DNA of 64,000 bases from Flectonema sp. DT1601 (taxonomy: Eukaryota). Under the pieces are notes generated by a model. That model worked only from the letters and a program-made list of their open reading frames with translations, had not been told where the DNA came from and did not search any database. Location of the stretch: assembly GCA_964019425.1 (NCBI GenBank), contig OZ025794.1, forward strand, positions 1,240,001-1,304,000. The letters are read 5' to 3'. Every line of letters starts with the position of its first letter. The stretch's first letter is position 1. This document shows positions 24,345 to 36,544 of the stretch, in pieces. The translations under genes and the position numbers were made by a program.

Positions 24345-24470
24345 GTACCGACGTAGTCGGAGAAAAAACTATTCAGATTGAAGGCCGATATTTCTAATGA
24401 TTTATTTTCCCCGTGCGACAGGATTTTGTCTGCGTTCAACGAAATATAAGGCTAATCTGAATGGTTTTTT
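24345..24470 (+). mobile_element. ~125-bp non-autonomous element, family A, copy 1 (terminal hairpin plus asymmetric inverted repeats)
   Basis: Near-identical reverse-complement copy at 37309-37440. CCGAC-GTA-GTCGG hairpin, then AAAAAACTATTCAGATT...AATCTGAATGGTTTTTT. Confidence 0.8.
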
Positions 24471-24890
24471 GTGTGTTTCTTGAATTCTCTTGTTATATGA
24501 AGTGCCAGTAAAAAGGAAATTAAAAGAAAAAAAAGATCAGACGGATACTAACACCGGCCCGTCGAGGCTGCTCACAACAGTAAGAGTTGTGTTTCATGTT
24601 TCAAGTGGTTTAGTTTTTCATGTGTTTTTCGAGCCGTGTTAAAAACCGTTTCTATTCTTGTGAAGTGCTATCGTGTTTTTGTTATTAAAAAATTGTGTTC
24701 GTTCAGATTACCTGAGTGACTACAACACCTCTCCTTCCGTACGCAAAAAAGGCTGCAGACATAGTCGCAACCAGCTTGTTATTATTTGTGATATTCTGAG
24801 TGCCTTCTGTTTTATACTTATTTTTTAATTTATACAGAAAATGAAAATTGACCCACGTGAGAAGAAGACTTTTGAAGATGTCTGTTGGTT

Positions 24891-24922
24891 GTGATAAAGT
24901 GATAAAGTGATAAAGTGATAAA
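24891..24922 (+). repeat. Tandem repeat (GTGATAAA)x4
   Basis: Directly visible, about 50 nt upstream of the cyclin ATG. Confidence 0.9.
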
Positions 24923-24974
24923 GTATACCTCACTTGTATTCTTTCTTTTAATTTCCATTCCAACAGATCAAATA

Positions 24975-25913
24975 ATGTCCTTGTGCGGCAGTGGGAGCAG
25001 TTGCTCCACCCCAACACCGGCGGACTACTTACGATTTCTCAGTGATAGATTTGAGAGATCGAAAATACACTCAATGAGAGGAATAAAAGAAATATGCAGT
25101 GGAGAGGTAGAGCCATGGCACAGAGTCATCTGTATTGATTGGCTTGCGGAAGTATGTTCGGCTTTTCAGCTGCACAGCAAGACTTTGACACTTTGCGTGG
25201 CTATGTTTGATGAGGTTATCCGAGTTGGAGATGTGAAACCAGGAAAACTACAACAACACGCAGTGACATGTTTAGTGGTAGCCGCGAAGATTTCAGAATC
25301 TTTTTTAATTCAAATAAAAGAATTTGCTGAAATGACATGCGGTGCCTGCACAGCCGACGATCTGAAGGAAACAGAAATGAAAGTACTTGCGATGTTGGGC
25401 TTCAGAGTTCAATTACAAAGTGTAAGTGATTTCATATATCCACTTCTTAGTCATTTGGGATTAGAGGATAAACAAAATACTGTGAGACAAGCAGAATATA
25501 TAGCTGAAACTACTCTTTATAGTGTAAAGTGTGCAGCATTGCCTCCAACAACTATTGCTGCAGCAGTTGTTTCTGTTGTGACGGGTACTGACTTAGATGA
25601 TGAGATAACGGAAGCGACAAAATCGTTATTTGCAGTTCAAAGTTGGGAAGATGCTAGACTGGCAGTGACTGAGGCACTAGAAGAGTGTTTTATTCATGAA
25701 TTTAAAAATATAGCTTCGAGTCATACAAATGAGATTTCCTTTTCTACTAAATCTCGCTATGACTCAATAGTATCTCAAGAACGTGAGGGTTCAACTGAAT
25801 CCAGTGAAATGCTTTCTGATGAGGAGACGTCAGTTTCTTCTTCACAAAAACGTCAATTCAACGATACCGACAGCGACTTTGAAACTCCAAACATTAAACG
25901 TCCTCACTGGTAG
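24975..25913 (+). CDS. Cyclin (cyclin-box protein)
   Basis: HRVICIDWLAEV..F.L...TL.L.V.MFD, LQQHAVTCLVVAAKISE, E.KVLAMLGF. ATG 24975 follows a pyrimidine tract and AG at 24966. Confidence 0.9.
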   Translation: MSLCGSGSSCSTPTPADYLRFLSDRFERSKIHSMRGIKEICSGEVEPWHRVICIDWLAEVCSAFQLHSKTLTLCVAMFDEVIRVGDVKPGKLQQHAVTCLVVAAKISESFLIQIKEFAEMTCGACTADDLKETEMKVLAMLGFRVQLQSVSDFIYPLLSHLGLEDKQNTVRQAEYIAETTLYSVKCAALPPTTIAAAVVSVVTGTDLDDEITEATKSLFAVQSWEDARLAVTEALEECFIHEFKNIASSHTNEISFSTKSRYDSIVSQEREGSTESSEMLSDEETSVSSSQKRQFNDTDSDFETPNIKRPHW

Positions 25914-28806
25914 AAACCTTCAGTTATGTCACATCTCTACCCTCATGTTTTTACTGCCTTTCGTTGACAGTAAAAATAAAAAAAACATCCACCATTAGTA
26001 TTGTACCAGTCTTTCATTTTTTTTTAAATATACCGTAAAAGGGATTGTTCGTTAGGGTGATTTACGGAACTTCTTACAGGCTAAGTAGCCTATAAAGGGA
26101 TTCATCGTAAAATATCGCACCCTGTGTAGCAATCTTGGTGCTCAGTTCTTGTATCTCTCTTGAAAAAAAAAACTTTTTTCTTCCCATTGTGTATAACCTT
26201 GTTAACAGATGACAACACAAACAGGAGTGTCGTCGATGCACTCTTTTTGTAGTCCGCCGCCGTTTAATTTTATTTTTTTCTAAAACGACTTTTTAAAAGA
26301 AGCGAGCAACTTTCTCCTTGAAGAAAGCCATGCTGGCATTCCTCTCTAGATTTCATGCCGCCCCCGAGCGCAGGTTCTCCGGCGAATTTTATTTTTGATC
26401 GTGAAAAAATGTGCTGAAGAATTCAGTCATTTGGCAGCGATCACCTCATTATTTTATTTTCTTGGGGGTCGGTTTCATTTTTTTTCTCAACACTTAAGTA
26501 GGAGGACCTAAGGGACAAACATTGTTATCACTACCACCAGCGTCTAATCGAAAATAAATCAGTGCAGATTTCGATTTCTTGGTGCATTTGGAAGTGAATG
26601 CTGGTGCTAGAGTTGTTGTCCCGGAATAAAGTATCAACGTTTGTTAGTTGGTACTTTATTGGTGGTTGGTTCCCCCTAACAAAAAAAACAAAAAAAAACA
26701 AAAAAAACAATAAAAAAAATGCATTTATACACTGTTTTTGGCTGACCACGGCCTTTCTCAGTGAAAATACATGAAAAAAAAAAATCAAAAAAATAGTAAT
26801 TTCCAAAGTAAAAAAAATGTGTGATGTTTCTCAGCCGCAAACAATATTTGTGTGATGGGGAGGGTGTGTCCCACATGTTTTTCATCTTTGGTACCAAAAA
26901 AATAACAAAAAAAAAAACAGTAAAAAAAAAAACAAAAAAAAATACGTAACATTTCCTTAGATCCCTTCCCAACACTCAACTTTCGACCGTTAGATGCTTC
27001 GTGGCATGTGTATCCAACGCAAGCTATCTCTCTGTGCAATGAGCTAGGAAGATAGTTCAGCCGCCAGCATCCATTTTCCTTTTTAGACATTAAAACCCGA
27101 AACAGAATCAGGGCGACTAACTGTTGTCGTGACGCTGAAAATAAAATAAATAAATAAAAATAAAATAAATAAACGTGTATGCTTACTTCTCAACCCCTTC
27201 AGTGGAAAGAATAAAAAAAATAATTAGAAGGGGTTCTAAAAAAAAAAGAAGTCTTTTTTTGCGTTATTTTTAACTGCAACAAATGGTCTCAGAAAGGCAC
27301 GAAAGTTTCTTGCCGCGTAGTTACTATGTGGAAGAAGAACTTATTGTCATAACAAGTTTTTAAAAAAAAAAAAGGACTTAAGAAACGTACCAAACAGCCG
27401 TGTATGAACCGTCTACCGAATTTGACTTTCTTTTTTTTTTTTGCCCCGATTGAAAAAAAACCCCCCAGAAATTGCATACTAAACACGTTGACTATCTTTT
27501 CTGTTACTTGTAGTTTTTTTCTTTTCCCCCAAAATATCAAAACAACGAGGTTGTTATGTACGACCTTTTACAGTTGTTTTGCAAGGTACCTTCGGTTTGT
27601 TCTATGTGTCCTTTCTATTCATATTTGATAAAGAAACAAAACAAAACAACGACAACCTTAGAAAGTGCCTCCGGTCCTTGACTTTCATTTCCTTCCCTTT
27701 CCCTATCTGTGGATCGTTCTTGTTTCTTTTTTGTTTTTTTTGTGCAATACAATTCTTTATTTATTGCTGATTGTAAACTTCTGTGTTTCTGAATTGCTGC
27801 TGCTCTGCCAACTATTCCCACAATTGTTGAGAGTCGTCTCATTTCTACCTAACCAAACAGTCGTTTATATGTTGAGGCGGTATTGACTTGTGTGAAAGTT
27901 GTACTCTGCCGTGTAAAGAAAAAATGTACAAGAAAAAAAAAGAAGGAAAAAAAAAAAAAAAAGAAATTGTTCCAGTGTAGTAGTTTCCTCCCTCGAAACA
28001 TTATAACATTAAAAAAAAAAATTGGGGTTATGGCGCAAAATACACAGAAACTTTGGCCTGGACTTGGTTTGATAGGGACATAGCTTGGTAAGGAGATCAG
28101 TTAAGTTGGGTTAGGAACTAGCAAGAAATGACCGAGAGAATCGATTTCTTGTTATTCTATGTTTTATCATTCTAATTACCTTAGTGGTTGACCCATACGT
28201 GTATTTGTACCAGGGATGGCAGAACCAGCTGACGGTGCAGCACGACAGGCCATGTCAGTCATTGCGGTGCATTTTGTGCCATTCCCAAGAAACGAAGAAC
28301 GAAAAGAAAAACAAAACCCACATATCTGGGTCTACATTGCATTTTTCAAATTTCAGGGGGAAAACAGTCTTACAGGAACAATACAAAAAAAAGAAAAAAA
28401 AGAACATCACTTTAGCTCTCAGCAGCTTTATTCTGGGCTATCCCCTCAAAAAAAAAAAAGTATTTTCCTTCTTCAGCCCATATTTTATATTTTCGATTTT
28501 ATTTGTACAACTATGAAATAAATAAATAAAAATCGGCTACTACGTGTATTCACAGATTTAATTCTGTAATTCTACAAGTGCCGCTTAGTCGGCATGTTCT
28601 TGCCTTTACATTGTGGCACCCGTACCTTGCCAAAACTCTCGGCAGCTCTATTTGGATACTGTTGTTTTGTTTTATCTTTCCCCTCCTTTTTTTAAGAAAC
28701 GCATTGTATTTGTATGTTTTAAGAAAATAAAAAAAATAATAAAAAAAAACTTAAATTATATGTAAAAGCGTGGAAGTCGTCTTCTATTTTGCAAAATGAG
28801 ATTATG

Positions 28807-28849
<43 letters not shown>

Positions 28850-30175
28850 CCGAGTACGATGGGTAGACTTTCGCACAATACAATTAAAATATTACCCTCA
28901 TTTGTAATATTACTGTCAGTAATTGCACGCCGTGCACAACTGCACATAATTACAACGGGACCATCAAGCTTAATTTCACTAGACCTCCCCCTTCTTTATA
29001 TTTGTTCCTTATCATTCTTGTTTACATTTTTAGTCCTTACTAAAAAAAACATAGCATCCAAAGGATGTGACATAATATATTATTTAAAAAAAAAAAAGTT
29101 GATGCAGATTGTTTTTTTTTTTTTTTCATTCTTTTTTGTGTTGCATTCCTTCAGTTTTTCATTTTTTTTGTATTTTCCCCCCTTACATTAGAATTCCAAT
29201 TATCAAGTTTCAGTTTTCACAATTCTTCTTAAGCTAATTGTTGCATTGATTTTTTTTAAAGTTTTTTTTTTATGTATTTTGATTTAGAGCAAACTCTATT
29301 CTCAAAACTGTTTTGCACTGATTTCCTCAAAATTTATTTTTTTTACCCCCGAATTGATCATTATTATTTATTTATCTATTTTTCTTTTTTTTTTTTTTAA
29401 ACTTGGGAACACGAATTGTTACATCCGACAGACCATTGTAAGATTTGACGATGTTTGATCTATTTTTGTTTGGACAATTAGGTTTGCAATGTCATCAAAA
29501 AAAAAAAAAAAAAACCAGCAAAAAGTAAAAGCTGATAAAGAGTAATTTGTGTCAGAATTCCAAGGTTTAAAAAAAAAGAAAAAAAGAAGAAGATATTAAT
29601 GCTTATATTCTACTTTAGACTTTTTTGAAAGAAAAAAAATAATAATAATAAACAAACCGCTTGTATGTTTTCTAAAGTGACACAAGTGATTTAATGTTCA
29701 CGGTTCAAGATCAGCTTTCTATCCGTTTACTCATTACTGACTATTAATAAATTGCCAACAGAGCTGCCACCACAGAAAAATCCACATTCCTTTTCCCTCT
29801 TCAATAACCCTCCTTTCTCCTTCCCCCTTTTTTTTTTTTTTTAAATTAAAGTTTAATTAGGTTTTTCACATTGAAATGTGATTGCCGGGAAAAAAAAAAA
29901 AAAAAAAAAAAAAAAGAAAAGGAAATCAACGTGTGGCAACCTTTATGAATAAAATTCCCACTTAGTTTTTTCCCTTTATTTTTACCTGTTTTTGTTGTTA
30001 TGTTGTTCTTTTTTCCTGTACCAAGCTATCTCTCTCAAATACAGAATAAGTAAAATAATATCGTAGTTCAGAAGACGAGTTTCGATTCACAAATTAATAA
30101 TAACAGGAGCCGATTACAAGGAAAGTATTTTATTTGAATTTGTTAATTCGCAAAATCAGTAAAGACAGCACATGA

Positions 30176-31654
30176 ATGACCTACAAACCGAATAGCCTTC
30201 CGAGTTTAGATATCTGGTCGACATCATGTCGAGTGGGAACTTTATATTTTTGTGAAATAGTTCAGTTGCTGGTAGTGATCGTGATGAGTGGGTTTTCATT
30301 TGGAGTTGGAGGATGTGGAGGAGCAGTCGTCGGGATGTGTCTCTATACAGCAGTGCAGTCTGTACCTGCAGGTTTACCTGGTGCGCTTGACGTACTGTGC
30401 GCTCAGTTGTGGGAGTCAGACCCAAGCAGTCCGGTTCCAGCGTTATTTTTAAGAAGGTGTTTGGTTATGGGATTCTTTGTTTCATTAGTAGTCGTTCTTC
30501 CTTTTGCATTCATCACCCCATCGTTTATTGCGTATACCATTCTGGGACACCAACCAACGACGTTGTCATCTGAAAACGAAGATCACATTGCCATCGCAAA
30601 TTACGCTGCAAATCTTCTTCAGTCTTTATGGATATTATTACCGTTTCAGGGAATCGAGGAGTCCCTTCGAAGGTTTTTACTTGCCCGTGATGAAGGTCGA
30701 GAACAAACACTTTCAATACTGACTTCTTGGTCAGTGTTTGTGACTGTCATCCATGGTGGTCTCTCTTATACTTTAATTCCAATTAATAAAGGATTAGGAG
30801 TGACAATGACTTACATGGTTACAACAGTCTTTAATATAATTGTCTACTTTTCAATCATATTAACCACATCTGATAGGAGTGGTAATTCAATGCTTCTAAA
30901 GGGTGGTGGATTTATTCCACACAGAAATGGAGGTGGTGATAGGGGTTACCAGTCTATATCAAGACTGTGTATCCCTGGCATCATTGGAATCGCTTTGGTC
31001 AGAATCCCTTTTGAGATTAGCCCCCTGGCTGCTAGTTGGTTGGTACCAAGTAGGATTATATTTCAGGGGATTACAATGTGTATTTTTAAACTTTGTTATT
31101 CGCTGCCTTTGGTTGTGTCTCAAGCGATAACACTGACAGCAGGTAGAGCCCTTAGTTGTAATGACACTGATAGGGCAAAAGGTGTAGTCAGATCTGGGCT
31201 TTTGTTCGGATTATTAATTGGACCTTTCATGGGTCTTATTTTTATAGCGAGTCATACAGTGGTACTGAAGATTCTTGGGATTCGTCAAGAGAGTGGAGCA
31301 GCAAGTAGTGCTGCATGCTTTGCAGTCATAGACACATTCCATTCGTGTTGTGTTGGGATTCTCAGAGGTACTTCTTCTGTTTCCCATTCGGCTGATTCTT
31401 CTAGAAGGCTTGTGTCGTATATACAGGCGATTCCCTTCATTATTATATATCCTATTGCCTTATTTCATTTTCCTCAGTTTGGCATTGGCGCTCATTGGGG
31501 TGGTCTTGCTGTTGCCCAAGCTGTCAATACAGCAATCTTGTTGGTAGACATTCGTCGGATTCCCTGGGCTGAGATGACCGGTTTCGACTTGATGTCAGAA
31601 TACACTCCCTTGAACCCAATTAGGAAAAGTGGCAGGATAACACCATCGGGATGA
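30176..31654 (+). CDS. MATE-family (multidrug and toxin extrusion) transporter, divergent
   Basis: Many TM segments; GLPGALDVLCAQ, VSQAITLTAGRALS, GILRGT and FGIGAHWGGL. Start codon uncertain. Confidence 0.75.
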   Translation: MTYKPNSLPSLDIWSTSCRVGTLYFCEIVQLLVVIVMSGFSFGVGGCGGAVVGMCLYTAVQSVPAGLPGALDVLCAQLWESDPSSPVPALFLRRCLVMGFFVSLVVVLPFAFITPSFIAYTILGHQPTTLSSENEDHIAIANYAANLLQSLWILLPFQGIEESLRRFLLARDEGREQTLSILTSWSVFVTVIHGGLSYTLIPINKGLGVTMTYMVTTVFNIIVYFSIILTTSDRSGNSMLLKGGGFIPHRNGGGDRGYQSISRLCIPGIIGIALVRIPFEISPLAASWLVPSRIIFQGITMCIFKLCYSLPLVVSQAITLTAGRALSCNDTDRAKGVVRSGLLFGLLIGPFMGLIFIASHTVVLKILGIRQESGAASSAACFAVIDTFHSCCVGILRGTSSVSHSADSSRRLVSYIQAIPFIIIYPIALFHFPQFGIGAHWGGLAVAQAVNTAILLVDIRRIPWAEMTGFDLMSEYTPLNPIRKSGRITPSG

Positions 31655-31821
31655 GTACCTTTTTTTTTCTTTTTTGTCGTTTTTTTTTAAAGTTTGTAAT
31701 CCGTACTGCCTGATTTGCAGATAATATTTTAAAGTTTAGAAAAATAATTAGCAAAACCTTTCTTTTTTGATATGAGACAACGAAAATAAAAAAATCCATT
31801 TACAACATCAGTAACACGACC

Positions 31822-33614
31822 ATGAATGACGAAGGCAATGAAGTGCTAAGTGATAGGGAAGCAGATATTAACGTTGACTACATGAAAATGACTTCAACGC
31901 CGAAGGTGATCGAGGACGCTCTAGCAGCGTTAGTAAAAACAAAACCCAATGACGTGGATGAGTATTTAGCTGAATACTTTGCTGGTAGAGTTAAGGAAAA
32001 GAACAACTTATCAAGAAAAGGTTCTGAAACCTCTCGAATCAAACAAGTTGAAAATCAACTTCAATACAGCAAAGAGAGAATTAATGACCTCGAAGGTCAG
32101 ATTAGTGAATTAAAAAAAGCAAGTTGCACACAAACAAAGAAATACCGTGTTATATCAGCTCGTGCTTGCGCTGTTTGCGCACGAGAAGACCGTCCGGGAG
32201 AGGTTCGCGCCAAAGGATTTAAATGCCGAGAATGTGTTGGTCTTCCAAGCAATCCTCTTCTTATCAGAATGGTTGACAAACAAGGAGCCATTACTAAAGG
32301 TAAAAGTGAAGATGGTGAATTCGTATTTAATGATTATGTTATTAAAAAGAACCTTCTTGGTGAGGGAGCTTTTGGAAAAGTCCGACACTGCTACCATCTT
32401 GGCAGCCCTCATCAAATGTATGCCGTTAAGACTCTTCCTATTGCCCAGTTGAAAACTCATCGTCTCAGACGAGGTGTTACAGTCTCTCGCAGACAATCAA
32501 CAGGAGGATCTAACCCCGACTCCATAGCAACTGCAAGAGATGAAAATCTTCGCCGTTGCAAGGAAGAGGTTGAGATTATGAGGCGTCTCAGCCACCCAAA
32601 CATTGTTCAGGTATGGAAAATATTTTTTCTGTGTCAAAATTTAGCTATTTTTTTTCTTCTTTTTTAATACAACAAACCCAAACACAGATTATTGACTCGA
32701 TGGAATCAGAAACAGAACTTATGATCGTAATGGAATACTTAGAGGGAGGCCAGATATTTCCTGACCAAGGCGGCGCTCCTATCCCAGCAGTAAAACTTCA
32801 AAAATACGCCTGCGCGATTGCGAGAGGTCTCGACTACTTACACTCGAATGGAGTAATTCACAGAGACATAAAGCCTGGTAATATCTTATTGGATAAACAT
32901 GACAATGTTAAATTAGCTGATTTCGGTGTGTCAGCTGAAACGAACGATAGCTTCAGAGTGTTCGGTTTTATCGGAACACCAAAATATATGTGTCCCGAAG
33001 CATTCGACAACGCATCGACAAAAGGTTTGTCAGGAGTAGCAATTGACGTTTGGGCCTTTGGAGTTACGCTGTTCACGATGGCTTTTGGTAAGAATCCTGG
33101 ATGGTCGGGATCAACGTTAACTGACTTAGGAGATAGCATCGCAAATGTGAAACTTGATTTGAATCATGAAAACGAACAACTTAACGACATAGTAAGTAGA
33201 ATGCTTGATCGTAATCCAAGTACGAGAATATCAATAGAAAATGTACTCAAGCATCCTTTTCTCGCATCTATCAGAGTTTTAAAAGGTCATCCTGTAGAGA
33301 CTCTGACTCTAAACGCTGAGTGGGATGAATCTAATAAAGCTTTACAACTTAATGAGGGAGCTGGCTTTAATGAAGTTCGTTCATTCTTTGCGAGTAGTTC
33401 TACGAAATTTCAAATTACACTTGGCAATACCTATTCAATGACTATGTACGATACAAGAAGAGATCCTCGTCTAACACGCAATGCTCACCCTGAACCTGTC
33501 GACCCGTTAGAACACAGTACTCTTCTAGCCCAACGAGAACGTGTTAACTACCAAGAAGGTTGGATAACACCTGATAGCGATACTGAAGAAGATGAAGTGA
33601 CACCTTTTGCTTAA
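31822..33614 (+). CDS. CaMKK-like Ser/Thr kinase with N-terminal RIIa/Dpy-30-like, coiled-coil and CxxC..CxxC modules; exons 31822-32610, 32688-33614
   Basis: LGEGAFGKV, YAVK, HPNIVQ|IIDSME, HRDIKPGN, DFG, GTPKYMCPE and DVWAFG. Confidence 0.88.
32611..32687 (+). other. GT-AG intron, 77 nt
   Basis: GTATGG...ACAACAAACCCAAACACAG; joins the two kinase halves. Confidence 0.85.
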
Positions 33615-36134
33615 AATATTAAATTAAGTTGTCGTCGTTGATCTCCGAATTGAACGCCCTTTACGCATTCCACTTTGCAGTCGAATTCTCTTAAGGGATT
33701 ATCCCTGTTGTTCAATGAACGTAGGGTACTATATCATTTCATTTCATTTCACTTTTTTTTTCCCGTCTTTTTTTTGCCTACTACCACCCGCAAAAACAAG
33801 TGTCTCAGTAAAGTACTGCTCTTTATCGTGCGTGGTTCCATTAGTCTTGTGCTGGTGCATTTGAAACATTTGGACAAATCTCTGTGTGGATTCGTTTTGG
33901 GCAGTTCACCTGTTGTATACATAGCATTTGGGGAAAAAAAAAAAACATATCTCTCGCTTTAATTGTAGTGACTGTTGCAAAACTCTGTTGTGTGGGGGTT
34001 TTGTTGTTATTCATTTATTCACTATTTATTTATTATTGTCTTTTATTTTTTTTTGTTTTTTCCACTGGCTGATATTTCACCACCATTAATACATTCGCTG
34101 CATAATGTGCTGCTCCTATTAAAATGACAAGTAATTTCCGTGTGTGTTTTTTTCCCATTGCCTCGATTGTCGGCATGAAGCTTTACGTTTTTGCGTAGTT
34201 ATTGGTTCTGGGTTAGAAGGGGAAGAAGAAAAAAAAAAAAAAAAAAAAAAAAACGGTTATGAGGAGCGTGGATAAAATTACCGCATTTTGTTTCGAATAG
34301 TAGAGAACCAGACACACACTTTCTCGTTAGTGCAATGTCGAGTTACAGTATGATACAAAAATAATAATAATAATAAATTTAAGAAAAAGGAAAAAAAAAA
34401 AAAAAAGATCAGTGGGTGTGAATGTTCCGCGGGATCTCACCTGCAGGAAACTGAACTGAAAAAGAACAGCCTTATTCGTGCTCATAGGGAGAATTTAAAA
34501 AAAAAGATTCTCATGTTTGTTTTGTTCTGAGTCGGTTTCACCCCAACCCTCCACCCACCCACAGCATGTCTTATCAAAACATCGATAAACTGAAGTATGT
34601 TTGATTTAGTTATAAAATACCATTTTCCCCCTTCATTTTCTTTTTTAAAAAAAATCTATTACCCATCCAAAAGATTATTTCTTCGTTCGCGCTAAATTAC
34701 AACATTACCAGTTCATACTCGGTGTTGAAAAAAAAAAAAAATAAAAAGAAAGAAAGGGATTATTGCAAAAAAAAATTAACATTTCATGTTATTTCTTTTT
34801 TTTTTTTTTAATGCTTAGTTTCTTCTAAAATACAGCCTATCATCATCATTACACTTTGGGGTGATCTTAACCTTTAAAATGATACAATTCTCTGCCCGCC
34901 CTCCCACCCACCCATGAATGTTTTGATAAGTAAGGTTATATTTCACAAAAAAAAAAAAAAAAATGGAGGTGGCATTTCAAGATCAATGCGAAAACGCTTG
35001 ATGATGAAATCATTTTGTTGCAAAAAATCTATAATTATAATTCTTAAAAGCTGCAAAGCCTACGGGGCGTGGCCATGGTTCTCTCATATTAATTAATATT
35101 GAGTGACCGTTATTTGATTTCCTTGCAGTTAATTGATTATTCATTTATTTGTGGTAACTAACTGCTATTGTCCCTAGAAGTTAAGAGGGACTGAAACTAC
35201 GTATTGCACAGCGTTTTTAGAATAATTGTGCTTTTTATTATTTTTTTTTATTTTGATTTAGTGCTCAATATTCTAACTGTTGTTATGGATAATACTAACT
35301 AACCTTTCCTGTGTGGGTGGAGCGATTTTTATGTTGTAAAAAAGAAAAATTAAAATTTATGGTGTCTGCAATGCGAGATACTGACGAAAATTTTTCCCAA
35401 CCAAGAAAAAAAAAAAAAATTCTTTCCTTTTTTTTCTTTGTTTCCCCTCCGGTCTTAGTGATGCATTGGACATTGCTTGATACTATTGGGAAGGAAAAAA
35501 AAAAAAACTTTGAAAAGTTTTTGAGAAGGAAAAATTCATCAAAAAAGGAAAAGAAAAAGAGGAGAAGAAAAGGATTCATTCATGAGATACTAGTTTTAGT
35601 TGGTTGTGACGTCCTTTTCGTCTCACCGTTGTTAAGCCCAGAAGTGAGATTCCTTGTGGGATTCGTTTCTCTACTTGACGTCTTGATATCTACTTTCCCA
35701 ATTTCTTTTTTATCATTAGTAGCAAAGCTGTAGCTGTGTTAACTCAGGAGAGACTCTTTTCTTATCATTTTTTGACAACGATTCCGTGCTTTTCTCTCTG
35801 TTTTGTCGTCCCCATCCGCGTGTTGGTTATGATTTAGTATTAATTTCCTGTTTTCTCGTTTCCCGTTTTTTGATCCGAATAGTTCTCTACATCAATATAT
35901 TGATATTAGGATTTACTTAGCACCCACTCATTCTGTTGGTACTCCCGTTTATCCCCGAAAACCAAAACTATTTGTTTGATGTCCTTTACGATTTAATGAT
36001 TTGATTTTTTTTTTTTTTTTTTTGGGAAAACCCCTAATTCCACAAAAATAGTTTGCGAAATCGCCAACTCATCACAAAAATTTTAACCGCTCGAAACAAC
36101 CCAACATGACGGGAAAATTTTCAGAATTTTTTGA

Positions 36135-36213
36135 GCTCCGGTGGTCTACTGGTTATGACCGCCGAATCATGACCCGGAGGTCTCGGGTTCGAACCCCGTG
36201 ACATCCTTTTTTT
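36135..36213 (+). pseudogene. tRNA-like unit (CAT at the anticodon position) with A/B boxes and T7 terminator
   Basis: A box TGGTCTACTGG 36142-36152 and B box GGTTCGAACCC 36186-36196. D and T arms pair; acceptor and anticodon stems do not pair properly. Confidence 0.75.
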
Positions 36214-36450
36214 CTCTTTTTCGTAATGACGGAAAATGAGACCAAAACATAGTCAAAGGGCGGATTGATCACCCACTGGTCGAGTTGAGACATATTCCCG
36301 TTGCAATAAATCACCAAGACCCCTCCCGTGTGATCGATCACTTTAAAATGTTACTGTGCAGTTCACCAGTGAGACTAAGACCTCCAACCAAAATTCACCA
36401 GACTTCAAGTTCCAAATTAGGTAATTTTTGTTAGGCATATTCGAACCATC

Positions 36451-36505
36451 GACAACAGAAATTCTCACGTTAGTAAAAGCCTTTAGAAATGTGGCTTAAC
36501 GATCC
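36451..36505 (+). pseudogene. Condensed LSU rRNA domain V fragment, sense on +
   Basis: ACAGAAATTCTCACGT / GTAAAAGC / GAAATGTGGCTTAACGATCC are three collinear pieces resembling conserved LSU sequence, with the spacers deleted. Confidence 0.55.
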
Positions 36506-36544
36506 TCATCATCGATTTAGGTTCGTGACTCAGAAGCCTTCGTC

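Noticed and set aside
26531..29191. 60-130 aa ORFs rich in Phe/Lys here and in other spacers
   Set aside because: Translations of poly-T and poly-A tracts.
36440..36512. Minus-strand box C/D snoRNA (TGATGA followed by rRNA-antisense GGATCGTTAAGCCAC)
   Set aside because: No downstream CTGA D box within snoRNA distance; collinear rRNA pieces are better explained as an inverted fragment.
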